64,000 nt of DNA from Nemertoderma westbladi (lineage: Eukaryota > Animalia > Xenacoelomorpha). The DNA is taken from the NCBI GenBank assembly GCA_032718475.1, contig JAUCBJ010006764.1:14288-78287 (forward strand), written 5' to 3'. The notes below the pieces were generated by a model. The model was not told the DNA's origin. It searched no databases and worked only from the letters and a program-made list of their open reading frames with translations. Shown piece after piece: positions 13,390 to 25,369 of this stretch. Within the stretch, counting starts at the first letter, position 1. Each line of letters starts with the position of its first letter. The translations under genes were made by a program, and so were the position numbers.

Positions 13390-13435
13390 TGTTCTAAAGT
13401 CTGAAAGTTTGAAGGAATTTCGTCTGGGTCACCAG

Positions 13436-13759
13436 TGTAATGGTCCGCGTAACTGCTATCGATATATCGAGGTGAAAAGGAATAATAATAAAAACGAGGC
13501 TATATGACTAGAACAGTAATAATGTATTGAAGTTCTGTCGTACAATGATTCCAAATTATAATATATAGATGCTCTAATACCGTACTGGTAAGTCTGCAGT
13601 AGTCCAGAAAATCAGCAGTTCTGAATACTGTCCTACAGTCTGACAGTTGTTCAATCTCTAAGTCCTTCATTTATATTATATAGTATATCTCCAATAAAAT
13701 GTAATTAAATATTTATTTTAAGAAATATTTTTGTTTTTGGTCTAAACAGCACCACTACA
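13436..13759 (-). repeat. 5' LTR of the CsRn1-type Gypsy
   Basis: Direct repeat of 9155-9490; adjacent to the PBS. Confidence 0.92.
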
Positions 13760-14404
13760 ATTCTAATTATTATAGTAATAGTAACAAGACAATTATCCCT
13801 TATATTTTGTATTACATTCTCTATGGTAGCATGGAACCAGTTATCAACCAAATAAAACGTTGTCCAGCAGCATAGACAAACGTTTAATATAGTACACAGA
13901 CAGACAGACACAGTTTACTATTCTGTATTCATTCAGAGGTTTCGCTGCGAACATTATAACCAAAATTTTTATTTTTATGATACCTTAGGCTACACATATT
14001 CAGACATTCAAATATTCTGGCATTCCTTCAACCTTCCTAGTACAGTAGCAGTAGTACCGGTACCTACATCAGGATATAGGCAGATCTGCAGATAGGCTTA
14101 TTACAATATAATCCTTACGGTACCTACTGACCTAGGCCCCATATGGCCCTACTGCCTGACCGCTCTATCAGCCTATTGCAGTATTGTGTACCGGTATCAT
14201 AATCAAGATTGCATAGGCCTATGTTCCTGTACCTGCCTGTATAGCCCAATATCAGACTTTTAAGATTATTTTGTTGGTAGGCCTAGAAACCCTCTGGTAG
14301 GCAAACAGCTATACATAAATTCAGGTCAGTTTTCTGGCATACGCTTATAACTATAAATCCAACTATTAGTCTGTAATTATAACTTGATTCATTCATTCAA
14401 AATT

Positions 14405-17160
14405 ACTTTGTAAGGTATGCAATGGTAGCAAACATCACACAATCTTATACGATCCTCAAGTTACAAAACCTACAACCCCTTCATAAATGGCAGGAACCAC
14501 TTCCAGTATCGTATCATCTTCTAATCCTGTCGCTGTTGCATCAATAAACAAATCTTCAGCACCTAGTAAGAGCATTTCATCACCCTTGAATCACATCAAT
14601 GATAATATCATAATCACTCGTCCTAACCTTCAAGCTATTTTCAGTACCTCACATTCCAAAAAAAGGACATGGCTCTCTATTGTCCCAATCAAATTAATCT
14701 CAGGTGATAGGCATATTACAACCTATGCTCTATTGGATGAAGGTTCTACTTGTGCCTTTATGAACCAGTCAATTTCTGATATGTTAAATCTTGTTAAGAA
14801 AAACTGTAATCGTTCATTCAAAACAGCATTTGACTCTACTGCTAGAAGTGTTGATGTCGTGTCAGTTTCAGGTGCACCAGTCGAAGGTATGCATGCTTCA
14901 GACCCTCATTTTCAGGTTTTTCTACCTATTGTATACTTAGTACAGTAAATAATTTCCAAAAGGCTCATACCCAAGACATTTCACAGGTCACAATTTGTGA
15001 CTATTGTTACCTCAACGAAATTGCTGATGATCTTTATTCAATTCCAGAGATTGATGCCAACATGATTTCAGCTCTCAACACATTAAACAAAACTACCAAG
15101 TTCATAAACGATAGGTATGAAGTCGCTATGATGTGGAATAGTCCACCCCCAAACTTACATAATAATAAACTTCTTGCTGTAAAGCACAACTACAAGGTCT
15201 TCTTCAGAGATTCAAGAAGCTTCCTAACATCTATGACAAATATCAACAGCAGATTGATTCGTACAAAGAGAAGGGGTATGCTCGTCGCTTGTCTCCAGAA
15301 GAAGTTGACTCAGTCTCTAACCAAACTTACTATCTTCCTAATCATTTTGTTCTACATGAGAATAAACCCAACAAAATCAGAATCGTTAATGATTGTGCGG
15401 CGACTTACAAGGGAACATGCTTAAATGATAACCCAACTGAAGGCCCAAATTTAATCAACTCTCTCATTGGTGTACTGCTACTTTTTCGTATCGGCTCAGT
15501 TGCCTTTAGCTGCAATATTGAAAGCATGTATCATAGAGTTCTTGTTCCTCCATCAGACAGTGATAGTCTCCGATTTCTCTGGAAAGCAAAGGGCTCAGAT
15601 GTAACTGAAACATTCATAATGTTATGCCATATATTTGGTGCTCTATATTTGATTCACATCTCTTCGATCCAGCCATCCTCATTATTATTCTTTTAAGTTT
15701 TTACATGGATGATTGCCTTCATTCAGTATTCAGCCATCAAGAAGCCATTTCTGTTGCTGAAAGTCTTATCCAGTGCTTATCCAAAGGTGGATTTCATCTT
15801 ACAAAGTTTATTTCCACTTCAGAAGAATTCATTAACCACTTCCCTGTAAGTGAGCGTGCTCCATGTAAGGTTAATATAGATCTTGATCATCTTAATGTAT
15901 CCAGAACTCTTGGAATTCTTGGGGATACAGTATCAGACAGCTTCATATTCAATTTCCACCCCAAACAATGCGAATATTATACAAAACGAATTACCCTTTC
16001 TGAAAATGCCATTATCTATGACCCACTCAGTTGGATTACTCCGATCATTCTGAAGGGTCACCTTATTATTCGTGAAATGTGGCTGATAAATCTCTCATGG
16101 GATGATCTCCTGCCAGCCAGACTCGCAAAGAAATGGCAGTCTTGGCTGAATCAATTATCTGATCTTTCAGCCCTAACTATTCCTAGGTGTTATACTGGAC
16201 TTTTTGATAACAATTTATCTTTAAATCAACTACACATATTTTCTGATGCTTCGATTTCAGCTTATGGTGTAGTGGCTTATCTTCGCATCATTTCGAAAAA
16301 CAGCTATGTCTCATTAGTTTATTCAAATCACGATTAGTACGTTCTGTGACTGCATCTGCACCAACTGTCCCTGAGCTGGAACTTCAAGCAGCAGTGCTAG
16401 CTTCTGACATTAGCCAGATGCTTCTAGATAATCTTAAACCCCGCATTCAAATTGCTTCCACCTATTTCTGGTCTGATTCCACAGTAACTCTTGGGTACAT
16501 CCACAACTCTTCTAAATCATTCCCAATGTATGTCATGCAGCGCGTTTCCCATATCCTTCTATATTCAGACCGCAATCAGTGGTATCATGTTTCAGGAAAT
16601 GAGAATCCGGCTGACTTAGCCAGTAGAGGTTCCACAACTCTACAACTTCTTAATTCGGACAGTTGGTGGCATGGACCCAAATTCCTCTCTTCCCTTAATA
16701 CTACATTTTCCAATGACTATGTCGACTTGGAAGAATGTTCAATGGTTGCAAATTCAAACATTAATTCCCATGTTACAACTGATGACATTGAGTCCATTCC
16801 AGAATATGTAAACTACATTCTTGATAATTGTGATAAAGACATTGTACATTCCATTCAATCAGAGGATTCAGAGTACTGTGTTTCAGCTATTGATCGAGCT
16901 TTATTTCACTTCAGTTGGAATAAATTACGAATTATCTTTGCCTGGTTATTATGCCTTATTCACTTCTCTATATCCTCCAAATTCGTAGTTCCTCTCAGAG
17001 GCACCCCAATAACACACCCAGAGATGAAACACTCTGGATACCGAATTATCTATTTTGTGCAAAGACAAATGTTCCCCAAATGCATTCTTTTGAAAGTGCC
17101 ATCCAGAGATTTGGTATCCTCTGCAGTTAGAGCCCAGCATGGACTCTCATATAAGAGTGC
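14405..17160 (+). mobile_element. Decayed BEL/Pao LTR retrotransposon (internal fragment: gag end, PR, RT, RNase H)
   Basis: Motifs CKVCNGSKHHTIL (gag), ALLDEGS (PR), YYLPNH...KIRIVNDC, FYMDD, YDPLSW, HIFSDAS..AYG, PELEL, FWSDS and NPADLASRG. Many frameshifts; no LTRs recognised. Confidence 0.88.
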
Positions 17161-18300
17161 TGGTTCTACTGCTGCCATAAATAATCGAACCTTAAGGTTC
17201 CGTTTTATTCTATGGGACTTCCAAATCCTGGACAGACTATTTAACGCTGCTCATGCCTTCCCCTTACGTATCCGAAGGTCTTCACCTGACTTTCTGATCC
17301 ATGACCCCAAGTAGCAGAAGTCATCCGCATGCTCAAGCAAGCCATCCTTAGAGCTTATGCCCTTATGATCGATCAGACATTTCTAGAGGGCTGTCTAGGT
17401 TGACTGTCATAATTTTGGCCTTCTTGGAATTTACAAAACTACTCTTTACTAGAAGCAACCTGCTCCAATGAACAGATAAGCCTCTGGGCCTTTGGGATTC
17501 TGACAGTACCCCTAAGTCATCAGCAAAGTCTAGATCAGTAAGGTACTATGCTTGATTTCCTCTACTTCCTGTGCAAGTAGGTGTTTGGGATTCTGACAGT
17601 ACCCCTAAGTCATCAGCAAAGTCTAGATCAGTTAGGTACTATGCTGGATTTCCTCTACTTCCTATGCAAGTAGGTGTTGTTACCAACACCCCATCTTTAT
17701 TAAGATGGTCTAAGGACATGCGTAGAATATAATCAAAAACCATTACGAATAAGAACGGTGTAAGTGTGTCATCCTGAAGGACTCCCCATAAGACTTCGGA
17801 TGGATCTGTGTCACCATCAGCAGTAGACACAAATGTGGTGGAACCATCGTACAGTGATCTGATAGCTACAAAAATTTCCTTAGGAATCCCATATGCTGCC
17901 AGTATGCTGAACATACGTGGTCGGGAGACTGAGTCGAAGGGTTTAAAGAAGTCAACAAAGATAATAGCCAGTTAGTCTGCCTTTCTTTATTGATAAACTC
18001 TTCGATTATCCTTCGGAGTGCCAGAATAGGCTCCATGGTCCCACGACCTTTACGGAACCCATTTTGGTTCCCACGTAACAGTCTCTCAACAGGATCCCTG
18101 ATGTGATTTAATATAATTCTGTTGTATAGCTTTGCAGCAATCGAGATTAAAGTGATTCCATGAAAAGATCCACGTTAGGTTGCCCTTCTTGGGAACTGGC
18201 ACCAACTTATTTGTTTTCAGTTCTTGAGGGAGTTCTCTTTGTCCTATACAGGAGTAGATGATGACAGTCGCAATAGATTTTCAGACCTCCCCAATACATA
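17160..18300 (-). mobile_element. RTE-like non-LTR retrotransposon RT fragment
   Basis: Motifs QNGFRKGR, FVDF...FDS, YGIP, GVLQDDTLTPFLF and DLDFADDL. Contains a 93-bp tandem duplication at 17491-17677. Confidence 0.75.
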
Positions 18301-18563
18301 TTAAATAGAAGTGCATTACTTATTTATATATTTTAATATTATCATGTTTTATATTGCTGTTGTAGATATGTTTGGCATTAATATTTATTTATTTATCTTT
18401 ATTATTACAGTATAATTATTTATTTTTATTTATATATATTTATTATTTATATTTATATATATTTTTGATTTATATATATATTATTACTTAGTGTAGCATT
18501 ATTATACATATATATGTTAAAAATTAATTATTAAAATAAATTAATTAGGCAATATATATTTTT

Positions 18564-19724
18564 CTATTTGTAAGAACAATTTACCATTGGCCTAAATAAA
18601 TGTTTATAAACAGCGTTTCTCCAACTTTCTATGAACAAAGTCATTAGGTAAAAATTTAAAGAGTAAACAATTGTGACCATATCATTGATAACTGTGTATA
18701 TTGTTGAAAAACGTAACCACCAAACTAAATTAATTATATCCTGAATAACTGCTTCAACATGGTTGGTGTATTTAGCCAATGCAGGATTAATATAAGCTGC
18801 ATTAATAATAAATATTAAATCCAATATAAACAATTTAAGACCAGTCATGATCATAATTATTAGCATCATATTCAATAAATTTTTATCTTTCTTCAACCTC
18901 TCAATATTTTGTTGATGTTGTCGTGAAAATATTTTCACTTTAATAATAACACAAATGCTGAGAAAAACAATTAGAACTAGATGAACAAATTGCTTGATGG
19001 GGAGGTAATATGTGATTATAAATTTTCTGTAGCTGGATCGAATACCTTTAAATTCAACTGTAGTGGTATTCCATGTTCCAGGGGTTGCCCATGGCGATGT
19101 ATCTTTGATAATATCATGGTCACCAACATATGCAAATATAAGAAGTGTTTGAAACGATAAAATCACCATTATAATAATTATAAATAATTTATTCTGATGG
19201 CGAGTCAGTGTTTTATAATGTATGGGCAGATAAACTGCTATCATTCGATCAATAGAAATCATTATAGCTGTCCAGCATGCAAGATCTTGCCCAATTCGTA
19301 CAAACAATTGTGAATATGATCTAATAACTGCTTCAAATTTATTTAAACATCCAAATTGTGTCACTGCCCCTGTATCCCTGTCTCTCTTTGATATTGGGTC
19401 ACAAAAATATTCTGAATTTACCATAATTCTAAGTAATTCACTCAAAAGTGCGGCTGTTTCCATGACACCATCCAAGCATAATATCTTGTAAAACAGGGAT
19501 TTAAATTGATTCTCATTTACTACAATAAATATTGTAAGAATATAACCAATAACTCCAATAATTGAATGGGTAATGGTGTATGGTATAATTACATTTCCCG
19601 TAAAATCCTTAACAGTGCTCAAAAATATGTAATATGGGTCAGTTACTGCTTCATATTCTTCATCAGTTATAAGTGGAAATTTGTACTTAGAGTTAACTGA
19701 TTCCAATGTACAGTTAAATTCCAT
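18564..19724 (-). CDS. Intronless class A 7TM GPCR; paralog 2
   Basis: Close paralog of 2232-3419. The homologous ATG (MEFNCTLESV) is at 19724, giving 386 aa. The ORF-track extension to 19871 is not conserved in paralog 1. Confidence 0.88.
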   Translation of the reverse strand: MEFNCTLESVNSKYKFPLITDEEYEAVTDPYYIFLSTVKDFTGNVIIPYTITHSIIGVIGYILTIFIVVNENQFKSLFYKILCLDGVMETAALLSELLRIMVNSEYFCDPISKRDRDTGAVTQFGCLNKFEAVIRSYSQLFVRIGQDLACWTAIMISIDRMIAVYLPIHYKTLTRHQNKLFIIIIMVILSFQTLLIFAYVGDHDIIKDTSPWATPGTWNTTTVEFKGIRSSYRKFIITYYLPIKQFVHLVLIVFLSICVIIKVKIFSRQHQQNIERLKKDKNLLNMMLIIMIMTGLKLFILDLIFIINAAYINPALAKYTNHVEAVIQDIINLVWWLRFSTIYTVINDMVTIVYSLNFYLMTLFIESWRNAVYKHLFRPMVNCSYK

Positions 19725-21129
19725 GGTTATCGCGGATGCAAATTCCTTTGAAGATTTGTATAGGCATATATACTGTATTACTATATATTTATTGCAAATG
19801 TATTTTTCAATATATATATGTGATATATTGACATAGAGATTTACAAATAAACTCAAAGCAATATAAAGCAAAACGATCTCGCTAAAATAGTTATTGCACT
19901 AATGATGTGATAATGTAATGTGGGATAATGTGATAAGCTTCTGGACTGCGGGGTTCCATTTACATTGTAAGTCTAATTAAATTTTAGTATAGAAACAAAT
20001 TACTACGTATTTGTTTGGATGGGATACTATACAGCTCTTTTAATTGCCCTAAATCGCAGCGACATAGGTTGCATGATTGAGTCTGCAAGAAGCAATCACA
20101 TCCTATGAGCCAACAATCTCTGTCTGATTTCTAATTAAATTATTGGATTACAAAATCTAAAAGATATCGCTGCACCACTACTGATGATGATCTCGAGGGA
20201 GGTAGATTCATCAGGTGCATTCTCTCTACGCGAGAGCAAATACCATAGTTAGGAACTTCGGCCATGCTTCAGTAGATGTGAAAGTTGTATTTTTAGGGCT
20301 TATTGTACTCAGGTCTATTGAAACAGCCTGTGGAACAGACATAATTATTCACAACGTGCTTATGACAAAATAAGGGTTGCATATAACAATTGCGCCTCTA
20401 TGTTCTTTAATATACCTCGCCTAACTGATGACGAGCCTACGAGCAACTCACGTTCCCTTAGTAAGCTAAATCTTTGTGCTCTATCGAGGTTTTTTGTTGT
20501 TGTTATTTGATAGCCTTTGGTCTGCCTTTGATGGGGTTGGCGTGATCACATTGGGTGGACCTGGATTGATTTGATTCCTGGATTTGATTGGGACTGATTG
20601 GTTGTGTAATATTTTGTTATTTTTTAGTATATCGCTAGTATAGAAGAGAGACACCAAGTTACAATGTTAGAGTAAAACTTCCTGTAAAAGCAGTTGATTA
20701 ACCTTATGATGGTAAGTTACGGTTAAGTGATTATAATTACTAGTGAGCTGTCTGTGTATTATTAGGAGGCTTGGTGCGCCCTATTTCATTTTCCATTAGT
20801 CTCTATTCACAGGGGTAGTGGTGGACACGAGTGGAAAAAATTAATTCAAATGGGAAAATTAGATTTAAAAGAAAATCTTAATTAGTTTATTGCTTTATGT
20901 TCATTTTGAATTTTATTTTGTTTTACTATGTTCGTTGTCTTTCCTATTGACATACAGCTCGTTCAGCCTAATTGGGTAGGACTACAGAATCGTGATTGCA
21001 GAGATCAGACTCAGTTTAAGAGTTTTCAATTTCAGGATTTAATTCTTCCAGTCCTTTTATGAGTAAAATTGACTTATGAGTGAAATAAGATTGATGAAGG
21101 TTACAGAAGGAAGGAATAGGATGATAGCT

Positions 21130-21730
21130 AGTAGCAGGGCTAGTAGTTGCCACCACCTTATTGTAGGGAAGGGAATTTGTGGTTGGGGGGGGGGGGGGGG
21201 GGGGTCAGGTAGGTTCCAGATCTGTGTACTCCAGATTTGAAGATAGTACTGTAAATAATAGAAGATAAAAACTAAAGTTAGATTAGATAGGAATGCGGCA
21301 GCCGCCGAATGAAGAAATCTATAATGGATGATGATTACGGTGTTAGTGGTACACTATTATTGTGGCTAAAACAATAGTAGTGTAACTAAGAATGGGTACG
21401 CCTAGAATTACAAAATTAAGTTAAAGTTATAGTTAGTCATAGTTTAGATAGGTAGTATTGCTTGAGATATTTTGAGAAAGGCCTCTTTGTGCTTTTATTT
21501 TTTATAATCACTGGGATTGAGTTCCATATGGATGGGCCCAAGAATCTCATGGATCGTTGTGTGGAAGAAAGTCTAACAAGGGGGGTATAAAAATTGAGAT
21601 TAGTTGCAGCACGAGTAGCATAGCTATGTACTGTTGATGTTTTGGAAAAGAGCTGACCAAGGTTAGAGTTAGGAGGGATGGAGTTAGTGTGAATGTCAAA
21701 CATAAACAAGGACACTTGGTGCTTAAACAA
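21130..21730 (-). mobile_element. 3' end of a CR1/L2-group (Crack/Daphne-like) LINE
   Basis: ORF2 C-terminal pattern HSYATR...RFLGPSIWNSIP..IK...FSKYLK (21437-21730), followed by a 3' UTR. Boundaries are approximate. Confidence 0.7.
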
Positions 21731-24104
21731 TAAATCATTACCAGCCAGCCAATAGACCATTAAGAGCCAGCAAACCCAGGACAAGCAAGCGAATCAACTA
21801 TGACTGGGAGAAACTTATAACTGATAATGCAGTAACACAAGGTAGGCGTTCCCATGGACGACAGGCTCGGGAGAATACTGGTGTATAGACAAATTTATGC
21901 ATTCTGCACTGTCAGTGGATTCATTCCGCTCTACATTCAAACCTAAAATGGGAAAGGGAGCCAATTTAACAATACCGAGCCAGTAAGTGCGCCCGACAAG
22001 CCTACTTACAGCCACAGGGAATGGTGGATGATGCAATGTGGTGGGTGAGTTGGACCAATTGGAGGGCAGAGCGGCATGTAACAGCCAGAAGCCAATGAAT
22101 CATGTTAGCCTCCTAAAGGCAATGTATTCTACCCATATATATTACCGGTCATTCATTGTGCAGCCAGTTGGCATTCATTCCATTTATAGTGCAAAGGTGA
22201 AAAAGTTTTTCCACCGCTTCGCTTCGCTACACTACACTACTGTGTGCTACCAGTATTACAGTATTCAGTCATTATATCTAAGATCAGTCGATTAACAGTA
22301 AAGTTCACCCCAATAAACTCTTTATTCATCAGGCCTACGGCCGATCAGTACACCCAATCAGCAGCCGGCGCGAGCACGTAGGGAACTTCACCACAGTCAA
22401 CCCGGTCGGGATACTACGCCAAGCAGGACCCGTCTCATGCACATTACATATGCACAATACGTATGCACATTTATATTCGAAATGGTGTTATATTAATGTC
22501 GCCTGGTGCAATTTATACATTTATTTCGTCAGCAATTACCTTGACATTGTTTTTTTTGAAACATCCTTTATAGGCCGCTGTCGCTATTGGTTGATTACCT
22601 TCACCCAATCATTGGCCTATGGCCAGCTCCAGCTGTAGTGGTCCTTTGTTGCACCCTAATCAGGTAATACTCCCGAGCTAGGTTATCTAACAATGATGGA
22701 GGAGCATCCAGTATAGATAGAGGGGCATACAGTACCATTTCATAAATGCATAACCTAAGGCTTCAATTGAGTCCTCAACACTGCACTGTAACCTTTGATG
22801 ATTTTTTAAGTTGAAGGGGCGACCCTCCCACTTTTAATCAACTACTGTAATTGTTTAATTGGCTTCAGTTGCTGCTCAGGCTGCCCTACTGGAGTAACAG
22901 CTATATAAATAATATAATATAATAATAAATATATATAAATAATATAGATAATAGTGGTAGCATGATCAGAGGACCCTGGCCCAAATGTGACATCACTATG
23001 TTTACATCTATTGTCATTTTAATTTTGTCCGTCAATAGGGGGCCTAGTCATTTTAGTATTTTTATTAGATCTATTATTTATATTTGTATTTACTTTGTAT
23101 TTCTGTGGTATTTCCTTTGCAGTTGCTAGTGGCAATGATAATCTGTATACTATATATTACATAGTATAGAAATGTTTATATTATTGACGATGTTATATTA
23201 TAACATCGTTAATAACAACAATAATAAAATATTTCAAAAGTATGCTCTCAAACAAACGTATTGCTCAAAATATAATATGGTTTACTCTAGAACTGAGAAC
23301 TAGAAATAATTGTAATACTTATAACTTGTAATACTGTATAATGTCAGATTGTACACCATTAATAATAGGTCGATAAACTGTTCGTGTAACCGGCAGACCA
23401 GTCAGCGACATTATACACTGTGCGTACGGTACGCTATAGGCCTACCATACATATTTCAAATACTAAATTTCAGCATTTTGGAAGTGCAAATGCAGTGTGG
23501 GTACTGCACTATTCTGGTATTATTAGGTTGTTCATTGTGATAGGCCTATAATGTAAAGACAAACCAAACTCAAACTTCATGACGAAAACATTGAGAAAAA
23601 ACATTGAGAAAAAAAACATTGATAATTAATTGAGTTAATGATGGTTGATTCATAATATAAGTATAATTAAGTTTATTGCGAGATTATAACAGTATTATAA
23701 TATATTTCGTACCGACTGGCCTTGCTTCATCAGTTATAGGTCTGTAGGTGGGTTAACAAATACTAATGATAAGGGTACAATATAATAGAAAGGGAAACAC
23801 ATAAGTACAGTATGATTAATGACATTCAGATGTAAATACAGTAATTGGTATTTTTATATAGTGATACTCGGGCATTCTGAATTCTGACTATGAGTACAGT
23901 GTAGGTCTATAGCAGTAATAATACGGTAACTGTATGATAAATCTAATATGATTAGGCCTATTATATATAATTACATTGTATGTACAGTATAAAGTTGATG
24001 ATGAGTTATACAGTACGTATTTTAACTAAATTATTATGCATTATGAAAACTAATGTTATATGCCCTGAAATAATACATTGATACTGATACATGTTGCGTT
24101 ATAA

Positions 24105-24250
24105 TATCCTAAATTAATAAATACTAATGGTTTCTTATCTTAAATTAATAAATACTAATTTGTCATATCCTAAATTAATAAATGCTAAATATGTCATATC
24201 CTAAATTAATAAATGCTAATATGTCATATACTAAATTAATAAATGCTACT
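24105..24250. repeat. ~30-bp minisatellite inside the Penelope 3' region
   Basis: About 5 copies of CCTAAATTAATAAATGCTAATATGTCATAT. Confidence 0.8.
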
Positions 24251-24443
24251 ATTTTATTTTATAACCAAAATTAATGAATCCTAATATATTGGTGATTGTA
24301 AAACCTCCCCCTCCCCTATTTTTTTGTGTTAGTGTGTTTGTTTTTTGTGGTTCTGGGCCCTGTTCTAGAAATCTTGGATACCGCGTAGAAATGGTATGAA
24401 TATTGATGATACGTTCACTGATAATCTACCGTTAATTACTTTG

Positions 24444-24821
24444 TCACCTCCTTCTTTTATAAATAAACTTTCTAGAATTCTTCGTCTTTAAAGTGTGGTT
24501 TAGTCCTATGTGTAATATTTTGGAGTTATCAAAATCAGGTGTGTGTTGTGATGTGATGATATGGGCGGTGAGTTCTGGTTGTTTGATTCTACCTTGTTTT
24601 ATATCTGCAGTGTGTTGTTTTTGTCGGACATCCTTTGTATAACTAGATTCTCCTATGTAAAATTTTCCACATGAGAAAGGTATACTGTATGTTACGGAGT
24701 TTGGGGGTCTTTTGGGTTTGTGTCCTTTGCAGATCATTGATCCAATGGATGTACCGGGTTGAAAGTACTGTAGGTGCCGACCGATATTGTAACGATTACA
24801 TAAACGTTCTAAATCTTCCAT
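24444..24821 (-). pseudogene. Penelope GIY-YIG endonuclease fragment
   Basis: VTYSIPFSCGKFYIGES...RQKQH...LTAH...H..DF matches the Penelope EN pattern. Confidence 0.82.
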
Positions 24822-25369
24822 TAGATATTTTACGTATGGAAGGGGAATGTTAGTCAGTGTTTTTTGTTGTTCAGTGTTGTGTATGATGCGTGTGGGGTCA
24901 TATCAGTTTCTATCGTACGAAATATATTATAATACTGTTATAAAAAAAACATTGAGAAAAAAAAACTTTGAGAAAAAAATTAATTGCAATTTTTTTCTCA
25001 ATGTTTTAGAAGAGAAAGGATGTTTATTTAATTAGGTAAGAGATTTAAAATAAATATAAAATTAAAGTTAAATAAAAGATCAAGTTACAGGATTATAACT
25101 CTAAATATTGTAATGTTCTGCCCAATATCATCGAAATGGTCTATTAAGTAACAAGTTTTCTTCATCATCTGATCAAAATATTCTAGTTGCATTTTCTTAT
25201 CTTTCTTGCTCCATTTTAGATGATGCTCATGCAATTTTTTTTATAGATATTAATTCCTTCTCAAAAGTTTATTGACTCACATTTCTCAACACATTATCCC
25301 CAATTTTCGGCACATTGTAATTTTCTTTTGAGACCAATAATATAACATATCATTACAGTAATTAAATAA

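Larger units (their letters stand above)
9155..13759 (-). mobile_element. Full-length, decayed Ty3/Gypsy LTR retrotransposon of CsRn1 type
   Basis: LTRs 9155-9490 and 13436-13759 (TG...CA). 4-bp TSD ATTC at 9151-9154 and 13760-13763. PBS TGGTGACCCAGACG (tRNA-Trp-like) and PPT AAAGGGAAGG. Domain order gag-PR-RT-RH-IN. Confidence 0.93.
23623..24941 (-). mobile_element. 5'-truncated Penelope-like element with an inverted pLTR piece
   Basis: Carries a GIY-YIG endonuclease fragment. 14-bp TSD AAAAAAAACATTGA at 23609-23622 and 24942-24955. 28-bp inverted copy (24915-24942) of 23685-23712. Degenerate CTGATGA...GAAA core at about 23690-23740. Confidence 0.8.

Noticed and set aside
19725-19871. 49-aa N-terminal extension of GPCR paralog 2 in the ORF track
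   Set aside because: Non-ATG start, AT-rich, and not conserved in paralog 1.
20420-20470. CTGATGA suggesting a third hammerhead
   Set aside because: No GAAA core and no convincing stems.
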